Shown in pieces: positions 46,720 through 55,616 of a stretch of 64,000 nucleotides of DNA. Positions within the stretch are counted from its first letter, which is position 1, and each line of letters opens with the position of its first letter. This DNA comes from Minisyncoccota bacterium. GTDB lineage: Bacteria; Patescibacteriota; Minisyncoccia; UBA6257; 2-01-FULL-56-20. The notes beneath the pieces are model-generated. The model made no database searches. It worked only from the letters and a program-made list of their open reading frames with translations, and was not told the origin of the DNA. Position numbers and translations under genes: made by a program. The stretch is taken from positions 209,677 through 273,676 of the forward strand of contig DATJLR010000002.1 in the NCBI GenBank assembly GCA_035509435.1, in the 5' to 3' direction.

Positions 46720-48006
46720 CTACATCCGCTGCCAAGCCTTGAACGCTTTCCACGGCGACATGATCATCAGCAAATAATTGAACTCCACAAGGCGGCTGAA
46801 CTCCCAGCCGGGCCAGCCGGAAAAGATGAACGGCCCAAATTTTGCAGCCGCCCAGCGTTCACCGATCGGGATCACGTAGGGATATTCTGCGGGGACATAT
46901 GTCTTGTTGCGCGGCGAGTAGGCATGGCCGTTTCCCGCGATATCCGCCTCCGCTTTTTTTATCTCTTCCACCAGATTGTGCGCGGCGATCGCGCCTTCTA
47001 GTATCGCGACGTGCGCCACCGCGGGCACGGGGCGCTGGGTCTTCGGGTCCATAAAGCATACATTGTCGCCGATCGCGTAGACCATCGGCGCGAACTTGAG
47101 GTCGGGCGTGCCCGGCAGGCAGACCATATCGCTTTCCGCCATCGGCTTGCCGCGTTTGTCTTTGGAGAGGGGCACGGCGGTCAGGAGATCCGGCGTCTTC
47201 GTGCCGCCGGTCCAGATCAGGATGTCGAACGGGATGGGCGCGGGCGGGGGGAGCGGCGGTGCGCCTGCCGCCGCTGCCGGAGCGCCGATCGTGATCGTGT
47301 TCTCCGACACCGACTCGATCTTCATGTTGGTCATCACCGGGATCTTCAGCCGCGCAAGGCGCTCCATGGCGATCGCGATCACGCGCGGCGCGAAGCCGGG
47401 CAAGATCGTGGGCATCGCTTCCACGATGGAGACGGTCACGTGCAGGGCCGGATTTTTCTTTTCTTCTTTGTTTGCCCACAAGCGGAGCTCTGCGGCGAGC
47501 TCGATGCCGTTCGGGCCGCCACCGCCAGCCACGATGCGCACGTCGCCGCCTTTTGCGAACGCGGCCGAGACGGCGGCGCGGATCTCCACCGCGCTCTCAA
47601 GCGTTTTTAACTGAAGAGAATGTTCCTTGAGTCCCGGGATGCCGAAGTAGTTTGTCTCGGAGCCGAGCGCGATCACAAGATAGTCGGCATGGATCGTGCG
47701 CCCGTCCTTGAGCGCGATCACGCCGCCCGCGACGTCCGGCGAAACGATCTCGCCCTGCACGAACGTGATGGGCATTCCCTTGAGTAGCGTCGCGATGTCG
47801 TACGAACAACTGTTCACATTCTCCGGCTCCGGCCGCGCGGCAACTTTATAGAGGAGGGGAATGAAGATATGGCAGTCGTTGCGGTCAATGAGCGTCACGG
47901 CATAGCGGTCGAGCAGCTTCAGGCGCCCGAGCTCGCGCGCGATGTCCATCGCCGCGCGAAGGCCGCCGAATCCGGCGCCGAGTATCACGACATTCTTCTT
48001 CTCCAT
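46720..48006 (-). CDS. NAD(P)/FAD-dependent oxidoreductase (type II NADH dehydrogenase-like)
   Basis: Two Rossmann dinucleotide-binding motifs (VVILGAGFGGL and a second GGGPNGIE). Confidence 0.75.
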   Translation of the reverse strand: MEKKNVVILGAGFGGLRAAMDIARELGRLKLLDRYAVTLIDRNDCHIFIPLLYKVAARPEPENVNSCSYDIATLLKGMPITFVQGEIVSPDVAGGVIALKDGRTIHADYLVIALGSETNYFGIPGLKEHSLQLKTLESAVEIRAAVSAAFAKGGDVRIVAGGGGPNGIELAAELRLWANKEEKKNPALHVTVSIVEAMPTILPGFAPRVIAIAMERLARLKIPVMTNMKIESVSENTITIGAPAAAAGAPPLPPPAPIPFDILIWTGGTKTPDLLTAVPLSKDKRGKPMAESDMVCLPGTPDLKFAPMVYAIGDNVCFMDPKTQRPVPAVAHVAILEGAIAAHNLVEEIKKAEADIAGNGHAYSPRNKTYVPAEYPYVIPIGERWAAAKFGPFIFSGWPGWEFSRLVEFNYLLMIMSPWKAFKAWQRM

Positions 48007-48100
48007 TCCTTCATTATAGCCGGATTTGACTTATTTATATAATAAATGTATAATACAAGGCAGAATCTTGAATTGCGCGAAAAGCGCGGAGGAAAGCGTT

Positions 48101-48631
48101 ATGTGCCTTGACGTAGCAAATTCGATGGCCGCACAGTGGTATGCCCTGGTTGAGCTCGCTGGACTGCTCGGCAGGGAAATTCCAACACAATCCGTGAAGA
48201 AACATTCGAAGGGCGACAGCTGTCTGAAGCGGCGCCAGCGCAAGCAGAAGTGCGACGGCCTCATTGAGGAAGCCGTGGGGCTCTACCGGATCGCTTACGA
48301 CCTGTTCTGGAACGAAATGAAAGAGCCAAGCCGGCAGCGCCTCGAGGAGTTGCGGAACGTGGCGGGTCGGTTGTATAACGGCCTGGCGATCTCTCCTGAT
48401 AGCGCATGGGCATTCGGAGTGGTGAACGATCACTTCGCTTCCGCAATGAACGCTCTTTCCGCGGATCCTGTCAGCGAACCGCAGAAAGTTGTCGATGGCT
48501 TTCGGGAAATTCCAAAGGCCATCAAAGTGCTCCAGTGGCACAACGACAACCATTTGCGCATCAGTTTCGACCCGCGTCGGCACAAGCCGCCGACCCGAGT
48601 CGTCGCAGGGCTTCACCTGCGGACCGCATAG
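48101..48631 (+). CDS. hypothetical protein
   Basis: Start refined to ATG 48101 behind a GGAGG SD. Terminator hairpin at 48644-48687. Confidence 0.45.
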   Translation: MCLDVANSMAAQWYALVELAGLLGREIPTQSVKKHSKGDSCLKRRQRKQKCDGLIEEAVGLYRIAYDLFWNEMKEPSRQRLEELRNVAGRLYNGLAISPDSAWAFGVVNDHFASAMNALSADPVSEPQKVVDGFREIPKAIKVLQWHNDNHLRISFDPRRHKPPTRVVAGLHLRTA

Positions 48632-48702
48632 ACACAACCCGATGGCGGGTCACTCAGTAACACGAGTGGCTCGCCGTCTTTTTTTCTGATAAAATAAAGG
48701 AG

Positions 48703-49797
48703 ATGATACAGTATCTCTCCGCCGCAAGCCGGAAATCGCTCGCGGGAACCGCACTTCTGCGCCTTGATTTCAATACGGAAGACGATTGGCGCATGGTGGC
48801 CGTTGTGCCGACCATTAAATTATTGTTAAAAACATCCGGGCGTATTGTGGTCGTGAGCCATCGCGGCCGTCCTGCCGGATTCGATAAAAAGCTGAGCTTG
48901 CGCGCGGACGCGACGAAGCTCTCCAAGCTGTTGGGCGGCAGGAAAGTGACGTTCGTGGACAACTTTCGCTTTGCGGAAATAAAAAAGCGCGTGGCAGCCG
49001 CGCCGCGCGGATCGGTTTTTCTTTTGGACAACCTGCGATTCCTGCCCGGCGAGGAAAAAAACGACCCGAAGCTCGGCAAACAGCTTGCATCGCTCGCGGA
49101 TTTTTACGTGAACGATGCGTTTGCGGTCTCGCATCGCGCGAACGCATCGGTCGTTGCTGTGACGAAATTTCTGCCGAGCTATGCCGGCCTGGAGCTTGAG
49201 GGCGAGATCAGATCGCTCGGCCGCGCGATCACCGCGCCGAAGCATCCGGTGGTGCTCGTGCTTGGCGGCGCGAAAGCCGCGGACAAGCTGGGCGTCATCG
49301 CATATTTTAAAAATAAGGCGGACTGGTTCCTGCTCGGCGGCGGCGCCGCGAACACGGTGCTGTGGCTGAAAGGGGTGGATGTCAAAAATTCCATAAAAGA
49401 CAGCGACCCGAAGGACCGCCGCGCGCTCAAAGCGCTTGCGACACAAAAAAATGTGATCGTGCCGACGGACCCCGTCTGGGGTGGCGGCAAGATCCTGGAT
49501 GCCGGCCCGAAGACCGTGGCGGCATTTGGCAGGAAGATCGCGTCGGCGCGCACGATCATCTGGAGCGGCCCGCTCGGCCTCATCGAAAAGAAAAAATATG
49601 CGAAGGCGAGCATCGCCGTCGCGCGGGCGATCGGGCGCAACCGCCGCGCATTCTCCGTTTCCGGCGGGGGAGAGACGGTGATGTTCCTCAAGCAATACAA
49701 ACTGGACAAGAAATTCAGCTTCATCTCCACTGGCGGCGGCGCGATGGTGGACTTCCTGGCGGGAAAGAAATTACCGGGGATCGAAGCGTTAAAATAA
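48703..49797 (+). CDS. pgk: phosphoglycerate kinase (short, 364 aa)
   Basis: RLDFN…, the SHRGRP (SHLGRP-like) motif and C-terminal nucleotide-binding motifs. Confidence 0.85.
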   Translation: MIQYLSAASRKSLAGTALLRLDFNTEDDWRMVAVVPTIKLLLKTSGRIVVVSHRGRPAGFDKKLSLRADATKLSKLLGGRKVTFVDNFRFAEIKKRVAAAPRGSVFLLDNLRFLPGEEKNDPKLGKQLASLADFYVNDAFAVSHRANASVVAVTKFLPSYAGLELEGEIRSLGRAITAPKHPVVLVLGGAKAADKLGVIAYFKNKADWFLLGGGAANTVLWLKGVDVKNSIKDSDPKDRRALKALATQKNVIVPTDPVWGGGKILDAGPKTVAAFGRKIASARTIIWSGPLGLIEKKKYAKASIAVARAIGRNRRAFSVSGGGETVMFLKQYKLDKKFSFISTGGGAMVDFLAGKKLPGIEALK

Positions 49798-49798
49798 A

Positions 49799-50686
49799 AT
49801 GAAAAAGGTTCGATTAAAGACTCCCACGCAGAAGATCGTCGTCATCTATCATGGCCGGTGCCCGGACGGGTTCGGCGCCGCGTGGGCGGCGTGGAAAAAG
49901 TTCGGCACCCGCGCCGCATACCTTCCCGCCCGCGACCGCAATAAGCCGCCGGTCCCGCTCAAGGACAAGATCGTCTACCTGATCGATTACACGTATGACG
50001 AGCCGATCGTAAAGAAGCTCATCAGGGACAACGTCCGCGTGACGGCGATCGATCATCACGTGAGCCAGAAGAGCGCGACGATGCTCACTGAAAAATATCT
50101 GTACGACGTGAAGCGCTCCGGCGCGACGCTTGCGTGGCAGTATTTCCATCCCGGAAAAAAAGTGCCCATGCTCCTGCTCTACGTGGAGGACCGCGACATC
50201 TGGAAATGGAAGCTGCCGCATTCGCGCGAGATGCTCACGCTCATCGACCTTACGGAATTTGATTTCAAGGCATGGAGCCGGCTTGCGAAGGATCTCGATG
50301 ACCCGCGCACCCGCGCGATGCATCTCAAAAAAGGCGCATTGCTCGATCTCCAGTATACTTCGCTCTATCGCAAATTGATCCCCAATGCGGAGCTGGCAAC
50401 GTTCGCCGGATACAAAATATATGTCCTTAACTGCCCGTATTATTTTGCGGACGATCTTGGCCACGAGCTCGCGCTCAGGACAAAGTCATTCTCGCTCCTG
50501 TGGAACGAATCGGGCGGCCGCATCCGCTGCTCGCTCCGCTCTGCGGGAAAGATAGACGTTTCAAAGATCGCGAAAAAGTACGGCGGCGGGGGGCACAAGG
50601 AGTCGTCGGGATTCTCGTTCCCGGTCGGAAAAAAGACGCCATGGAAATTATTGCCGGAGGCGTACAGCAAGGAACGCATTTCCTGA
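49799..50686 (+). CDS. DHH-family phosphoesterase (NrnA-like)
   Basis: DHH motif (TAIDHHV) and a DHHA1-like C-terminus with GGGH. Confidence 0.75.
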   Translation: MKKVRLKTPTQKIVVIYHGRCPDGFGAAWAAWKKFGTRAAYLPARDRNKPPVPLKDKIVYLIDYTYDEPIVKKLIRDNVRVTAIDHHVSQKSATMLTEKYLYDVKRSGATLAWQYFHPGKKVPMLLLYVEDRDIWKWKLPHSREMLTLIDLTEFDFKAWSRLAKDLDDPRTRAMHLKKGALLDLQYTSLYRKLIPNAELATFAGYKIYVLNCPYYFADDLGHELALRTKSFSLLWNESGGRIRCSLRSAGKIDVSKIAKKYGGGGHKESSGFSFPVGKKTPWKLLPEAYSKERIS

Positions 50687-50718
50687 TCGGCCGCTCCATC
50701 CATTTGCCATTGCCATCC

Positions 50719-51381
50719 ATGCCCGCAAAAAAGAAAAAATATTACGCGTACTTCGTCCCGGCGTTCGGCGCGGCCATAGCGTCCGGCGCGAAAGCGGCAA
50801 AGCCCGTGCAGGGCGTCACCGACAGCTGGGCCGTCTGCGAGAAGTTCGTGTCGGGGAAGACCGGCGCGCGGTTCAAAGCTTTTGAGAACAAAGCTGACGC
50901 CGAGGCATGGCTTTCGGGCGGGGCGATGTACGAGTCGCGCGCCACGCGGCCGCGGCCCGCGCTCGAGCGCGGCGTGTACTTCGACGCCGGCACCGGCCGC
51001 GGCGAAGGCGTGGAAATAAGTGTCACTGACGAGAAGGGAAAGAACCTGCTTCACAAGGCGATCCCGCGCGGCGAGCTGAACAAGTTCGGCAAGCATCTGC
51101 TTGGCGACGCGGCAGCCACCAACAATTATGGCGAACTGCTCGCGCTCAAGTACGCGCTCCAGGTCGCGCGCAAGGAGAAGATCGAAAAAGTGTTCGGCGA
51201 CAGCAAGCTCGTGATCGAATTCTGGTCGCAGTGGCGCATCAAGCGGAAAGATCTGCCGGAAGAGACGGTCGCACTCGCGCACGAGGTCTCGAAATTGCGT
51301 GAAACCTTCGAAGCCGCGGGCGGCACCGTGGAGCGCATCGGGGGCGACCACAATCCCGCGGACCTGGGATTTCATAAATAA
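50719..51381 (+). CDS. rnhA: ribonuclease HI with an N-terminal hybrid-binding domain
   Basis: HBD pattern KYYAYFVP…W…C…G…FK.F….A..W. RNase H core NNYGELLALKYAL. Start refined to ATG 50719. Confidence 0.75.
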   Translation: MPAKKKKYYAYFVPAFGAAIASGAKAAKPVQGVTDSWAVCEKFVSGKTGARFKAFENKADAEAWLSGGAMYESRATRPRPALERGVYFDAGTGRGEGVEISVTDEKGKNLLHKAIPRGELNKFGKHLLGDAAATNNYGELLALKYALQVARKEKIEKVFGDSKLVIEFWSQWRIKRKDLPEETVALAHEVSKLRETFEAAGGTVERIGGDHNPADLGFHK

Positions 51382-51462
51382 TAGAGAGGATTCGAATAAG
51401 GAAATACCGGTGCGCGAGGCACCGGTATGGAGTGGAGACAAAAGTGAAGCTCAAGCTTCCGG

Positions 51463-51681
51463 TCAGCGGCATTCCTTGAGGAGGTCGGTGACCTTGCACT
51501 TGAGGATCCCGGCGAACCTGATCAGGGTGTGAAGGTGGGGATCTCCCCAGCCGTCCAGATACTCGTTCAGCGTCTCTTTCGTGATCCTCAGCTTGGCGGC
51601 GAATTTCTCATCGCTTAGGCCGAGCTGGGACTTGATCATCCTGAGATTGCATCCCAGGAGGTCTTTGCGGGGTTTTCTCAT
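51463..51681 (-). CDS. XRE-family helix-turn-helix protein (73 aa from the internal Met)
   Basis: HTH LGLSDEKFAAKLRITKETLNEYLDG. Terminator-like hairpin at 51404-51428. Confidence 0.5.
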   Translation of the reverse strand: MRKPRKDLLGCNLRMIKSQLGLSDEKFAAKLRITKETLNEYLDGWGDPHLHTLIRFAGILKCKVTDLLKECR

Positions 51682-51890
51682 TACCCCTGACGTATGGGTG
51701 TGGTGTTCGCCATGGCGAACATCTTCCGATGCGGTATCTGCGTACACTTTTGTCCTCCGTGTGATGGGAAATAAAAAAGCAGACTTCATATTACAGAATC
51801 CTAGGGGGTTGTCAATCGGTCGCTTTGCCATCTCTCACAAAAGAAAGCCGGCGCTGTGGGGCGCCGGTCAGGAAAGACAGATCGTTAAAA

Positions 51891-52241
51891 TCAGGTTTGT
51901 CTTTCCACAAACCTGATCTCCGCATTCGCGCGGAAGACCTCTTCCAACGCAGTTTTCCGCTGGTCCCATTCCGCCATGCGGTTGGGGAGCTGCACCGCGC
52001 ATCCGAGCATGGCCGCGACGGCATCAAGCTTTTTAAGGTTCATTCCCTGGGTCGTTTGCCTGCCCTTCAGGAGGTGTCGGATGTTGACGTCGCTGACTCC
52101 CGAGCGGCTTACGAGCTCCGACTCGGTGATATCGAGTTTTCGCATGAGGTCCCGTAGTTTTATCGAGAGGTCCGTGCGGAGGCTCTCCAATAATGCTTCG
52201 AATTCGGTCGGCCGCATTGTCCTCGAAATAATGGATCCCAT
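51891..52241 (-). CDS. XRE-family helix-turn-helix protein
   Basis: HTH LDITESELVSRSGVSDVNIRHLLKG. The long 172-aa ORF is truncated at Met 52241 so that it does not overlap rnpB. Terminator on the minus strand at 51831-51866. Confidence 0.5.
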   Translation of the reverse strand: MGSIISRTMRPTEFEALLESLRTDLSIKLRDLMRKLDITESELVSRSGVSDVNIRHLLKGRQTTQGMNLKKLDAVAAMLGCAVQLPNRMAEWDQRKTALEEVFRANAEIRFVERQT

Positions 52242-52305
52242 AAAATCCTCTCTGCGTGGTGATGGAGTGAATATGCCGCACTGAATTATAGTAGCTTCCA
52301 CAAAG

Positions 52306-52334
52306 TTGTCAAGAAAATCGGCGCATGCTATAAT
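52306..52334 (+). promoter_or_regulatory. sigma70-like promoter for rnpB (TTGTCA-N17-TATAAT)
   Basis: The hexamers end about 6 nt before the P1 stem. Confidence 0.5.
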
Positions 52335-52340
52335 ATTTTT

Positions 52341-52771
52341 GCTGGTCATCCAGACGGTCGCTGTGCGATGTTCCTTGAACGGACGCCGCGCAGAGGAAAA
52401 TCCGGACACTCTCTTTGCTGCAACGCGTTCACGCGCGGCGTGGCGAAGACAAGAAGGTAGCGGCTAACAGCCGCCGTTCGCAAGAATAGAGGTGCGAGCA
52501 GTGACGCCTCCGGGCGAAAGCCCGTTCAAAGCCGGAAACGGCTGAGGGGACCCGATCCCGAGCTAGATGGTCCAATTCCGCCATAGGGACAAAAAAGCGG
52601 AAGTGAAACGGCAAAATCCTTACCGAGCGCAAGGCCGTGCTCTCTGTCGATCCGCAAGGATCCCGGAGAGAGTGCCGCACGAGCCCGCGAGCGATCAAGG
52701 GCCCAGATGAATGACCGTCCGCCGCGCTTCACCGCGCGGCCGACAGAATCCGGTTTATGGATCGCCAGCAC
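52341..52771 (+). ncRNA. rnpB: RNase P RNA (bacterial type A)
   Basis: 5' P1 GCTGGTCATCCAGACGGTCGC resembles E. coli GAAGCUGACCAGACAGUCGCC. It has the GAGGAAAATCCGGAC P4 element (GGAAAGUCCGGGC-like). The 3' region CCAGATGAATGACCGTCC…GACAGAATCCGGTTTATGG matches AGAUGAAUGACUGUCC…ACAGAACCCGGCUUAUCGG. The 3' end pairs back to P1. A weak terminator lies at 52776-52805. Confidence 0.85.
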
Positions 52772-53311
52772 AGGGACAGCTTCAGCAATGAGGCTGTTTT
52801 TGTTTGACGATATACGAGCCTGGTTCTGCTTTTCACCGATGCAGATTCCAAACTGCGGGCTAGGGCACAGGCGATAATCTGTGGCGCAGGCTTTGCGTCA
52901 TTTCTTATTGCCTTCCTGATCCGTTCGATCTGGAATGTTGGCGATGTCCGTTCAGGGTTCAGCTTATTTTTGTGGTTATGTTTCCTGTTGTTCTTCGTGT
53001 CTGGCGTGAGGAAGTGGAGGCATGTTGATGACGTCTGGGCCGGGACGGGAGGCGGCGCTGAGGTTTGACGTCGACCGTGTCACAGCAGGCAGCTTTCGCA
53101 CCACGCGAGGCTGCCTGTTTTCTTTTCTCAGCGATTGAAATTTTTATATCTATTCATAAGATTAAATTATGACATTGAGCCATATCAGCTTCTTTAGCCC
53201 CAGCAACCTCTATCGAAGAAGGGGCTAGTTAGCGGGCGTTTCGAAACTACCACAACCTCTTCTTCGGAAGAGGTGTTTTGTCTTCCGATTACAGCACTTT
53301 GGAGGTGGAGG

Positions 53312-53527
53312 ATGGAAACGTTCACAACGATTAAAAGGAAAATAGAATCGATTGAACGTAAAATACGCAAACTTGACCAAGAAAAGGAAACTTTGAAGCT
53401 TAGCCTGCAAGAAGCATGCAGCCATCCCAAGCGTTACCGGAGTCACAGGGGGTCAGGTTGTGAGATGTGTGACAAATGTGAAAAAATACTCAAATGGTGG
53501 CCAGCGTCCTTTCGCAACCCCATTTAA
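53312..53527 (+). CDS. small coiled-coil / Cys4 zinc-ribbon protein (71 aa)
   Basis: GGAGGTGGAGG SD, then METFTTIKRKIESIERKIRKL…C…CEMCDKC. Lies in a roughly 38% GC segment. Confidence 0.45.
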   Translation: METFTTIKRKIESIERKIRKLDQEKETLKLSLQEACSHPKRYRSHRGSGCEMCDKCEKILKWWPASFRNPI

Positions 53528-53681
53528 TGTCTATGCGGTATTAGGGCGCACCAGCAACAACGGTGCGCTCTTTCTCTATATCGCCATAAATCTTCTTTGA
53601 TTGATCGCTTGCGCGATCGTCGACTTTTGCAAAAGCAGATGCAATTTGATATGGTAGGGGCAGTCACGTGGAGGTGAACGG

Positions 53682-53840
53682 GATGGTAAAATGTTTGAAC
53701 AGCACTTGCAATAAAGAGGCGATTCCGGGGCTGACCGTTTGCAGCGCAACGTGTTTGATGGCCGCCCTGCATCAGGGACTCATTGTTGAGCCACGAAAGA
53801 TAGAGGATGAGCAGAAACGGCAGATCGACAATCCACGGTA
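53682..53840 (+). CDS. small Cys-rich zinc-ribbon protein (52 aa)
   Basis: GGAGG SD, then MVKCLNSTC…CSATC. Not in the ORF track. Confidence 0.35.
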
Positions 53841-53871
53841 ACGCATACACATTTTTGACCACGGAGGCGTT

Positions 53872-54069
53872 ATGAAGTTTGTTCATTACAAATCTAACGC
53901 CATCGTGGACGGCATAGCGTTAGAGGCAGGTGATGTTTTGCGTGCAACCGACGTGTATGATTCCACAAGCGGAAAATGGAGTCCGATCCCGCCCGCGCTC
54001 GTGGGCACGGCCATCGTGAAAGAAGCTGCCGCAGTGTTCGTCCGCCCGAGCGCCGAAGGTTCAAACTAA
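53872..54069 (+). CDS. small hypothetical protein (65 aa)
   Basis: GGAGG SD, followed directly by the tandem-hairpin terminator. Confidence 0.45.
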   Translation: MKFVHYKSNAIVDGIALEAGDVLRATDVYDSTSGKWSPIPPALVGTAIVKEAAAVFVRPSAEGSN

Positions 54070-54070
54070 T

Positions 54071-54129
54071 GCCGTGATGGTGTCATCACGGCCAGCAGTT
54101 CTCGTTACGCGAGAACTGCTTTTCTTTTT
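54071..54129 (+). terminator. tandem-hairpin intrinsic terminator
   Basis: GCCGTGATGG-TG-TCATCACGGC, then CAGCAGTTCTCG-TTACG-CGAGAACTGCT followed by TTTCTTTTT. Confidence 0.7.
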
Positions 54130-54177
54130 GCATAAAACGATGGGTAATATTATCCGGCGACAGACGTATATCTCTGC

Positions 54178-54537
54178 ATGGATGCATATAATTCGCCGAC
54201 CACAAAGCCGCTCTTCCGGGCCACGCAGGTGATCTGGTATCTGTGCGATCTATTGGAGGTCATCCTTGCGTTCCGTTTCTTCCTCCGCTTTGCGGGCGCA
54301 AATCCGGACGCCGGATTCACCAGTTTTATCTACGCGATCAGCTGGCCGTTCGTCGCGCCGTTCTTTGCCGTGTTCCGGACGACCGTCGTTGCGGGCAGTG
54401 TCGTGGAATGGACGACGCTCCTTGCAATGCTCGTGTACGCGCTCATCGTGTGGGGGATAGTGCGCTTGCTCCTCATGAGCAAGACCGTGTCAACGCCGGA
54501 GGCGGCCGCCAAGCTGGAACAGCAGGAAAAGGAATAG
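54178..54537 (+). CDS. YggT-family membrane protein
   Basis: YggT signature …FRFFLRFAGANPDAGFTSFIYAISWPFVAPFFAVFR…. Confidence 0.75.
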   Translation: MDAYNSPTTKPLFRATQVIWYLCDLLEVILAFRFFLRFAGANPDAGFTSFIYAISWPFVAPFFAVFRTTVVAGSVVEWTTLLAMLVYALIVWGIVRLLLMSKTVSTPEAAAKLEQQEKE

Positions 54538-54590
54538 CGCCCAGCAATAAAAATCGCCCGCAAGGCGGTTTTTTGTGTTATCCTATACCT

Positions 54591-54860
54591 ATGGAGATCG
54601 TCCTATTGCTGGCCCACCTTCTCTCCGCCTTCGGGAGCATGGCCTATGCCACGTATCTTTTCTTTTTCCCATCCCGCAAGGGGATCCGCATGGCATATTC
54701 GGGGGTGGGGCTTACGATCGGGACCGGAATATGGCTGATATTTGCGTCAAGAGTCCCTATCGGCACGGTGTGCATAACCGGACTGCTGTATTTGGGCTAT
54801 GTCTCCACAGCCCTTGTAATATCTAGCAAAAAGCTTGCTTTGGTCCGCGCCAGGCAGTAA
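54591..54860 (+). CDS. small hypothetical membrane protein (89 aa)
   Basis: Three hydrophobic helices. A weak terminator follows at 54846-54878. Confidence 0.45.
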   Translation: MEIVLLLAHLLSAFGSMAYATYLFFFPSRKGIRMAYSGVGLTIGTGIWLIFASRVPIGTVCITGLLYLGYVSTALVISSKKLALVRARQ

Positions 54861-54879
54861 AAACTGCCCGTTTTTATCC

Positions 54880-55567
54880 CCAGTTTTCGCCACCTTTTCC
54901 ACACGTTATAAACTTTGCAGGGGATTTTACGCTGTTTTTTCGCTTGACGATGTTTTTACATGGGCTATTCTTGATAATAGCGAAAGCAACAAGTTAAACA
55001 TCGTTGGATCACCAGAAGGTCCGGTCGGGTTCTCTCCGAAGAGAACAAGATCAAGCGGGAATAGATCCGCAGGACAGAATGGGATGCTCGCCGTTTACGG
55101 ATGAGCAAAACAAACTGATCTGTGATCGAAACCGGGACTTCTGGTTCCCAAGAAAGAAAAGGAATGCGTTTACGGCGAAAGCTAAGAGCGCAGGAAGAGG
55201 CGAGCCCGGTTCCCGGGCAAAGAGTTTCCTGACGGCAACGTTAGGGGCTCCGCGGAGGTTTTTCGCAAAGATGATGCGTCCTTCGGGCGTAGCATGACTG
55301 GCGGGAATGACCTGTCTTTTCACTTCTGTTTTCCGGGGGTTTGTGGACCCGGAAATGATGGCGGCTGAAAGGTCGTCGTTTGGGATGAAAATCCTGCTGA
55401 AAGTCCTTTTCCAACGATGTCCACTACGAGAGTGGAACCTGTCAACGATCGATGCCTGCCTCTTGGATGCTGCGCATGCGGCGAAATGGGGTACCATCGG
55501 GAGATAGATCTTCCACTCTCACACACCGCCGGGGGCTGCTGAATTCGCGCAGCCCCCGATTTATTTT
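54880..55567 (+). other. about 0.7-kb ORF-poor GC-rich structured region ending in a strong terminator; candidate ncRNA
   Basis: No credible ORF; all frames are short or of biased composition. A long-range helix pairs CACCAGAAGGTCCGG (about 55010) with CCGGGACTTCTGG (about 55135). There are local hairpins (GTTCTCT-CCGAAG-AGAGAAC) and a repeated CGTTTACGG motif. Terminator GGGGGCTGC-TGAATTCGC-GCAGCCCCC followed by a T-tract at 55530-55567. Confidence 0.35.
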
Positions 55568-55616
55568 TTTATAATCATATTCGTCTTCATTTGCATTTCA
55601 TGAACTTTTCATTATT

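Noticed and set aside
51891-52409. 172-aa version of the second HTH gene
   Set aside because: Its N-terminal 56 codons would run through the rnpB promoter and P1 stem on the opposite strand. It was truncated to the internal Met at 52241.
54243-54860. 205-aa ORF overlapping yggT in another frame
   Set aside because: Only its last 89 codons, from ATG 54591, are hydrophobic and membrane-protein-like and free of overlap. The upstream part is the alternate frame of yggT.
54880-55567. tmRNA (ssrA) as the identity of the large non-coding region
   Set aside because: There is no tRNA-like T-arm (GGTTCGAATCC), no 3' CCA context and no tag-peptide reading frame ending in ALAA-like residues. No smpB lies nearby.
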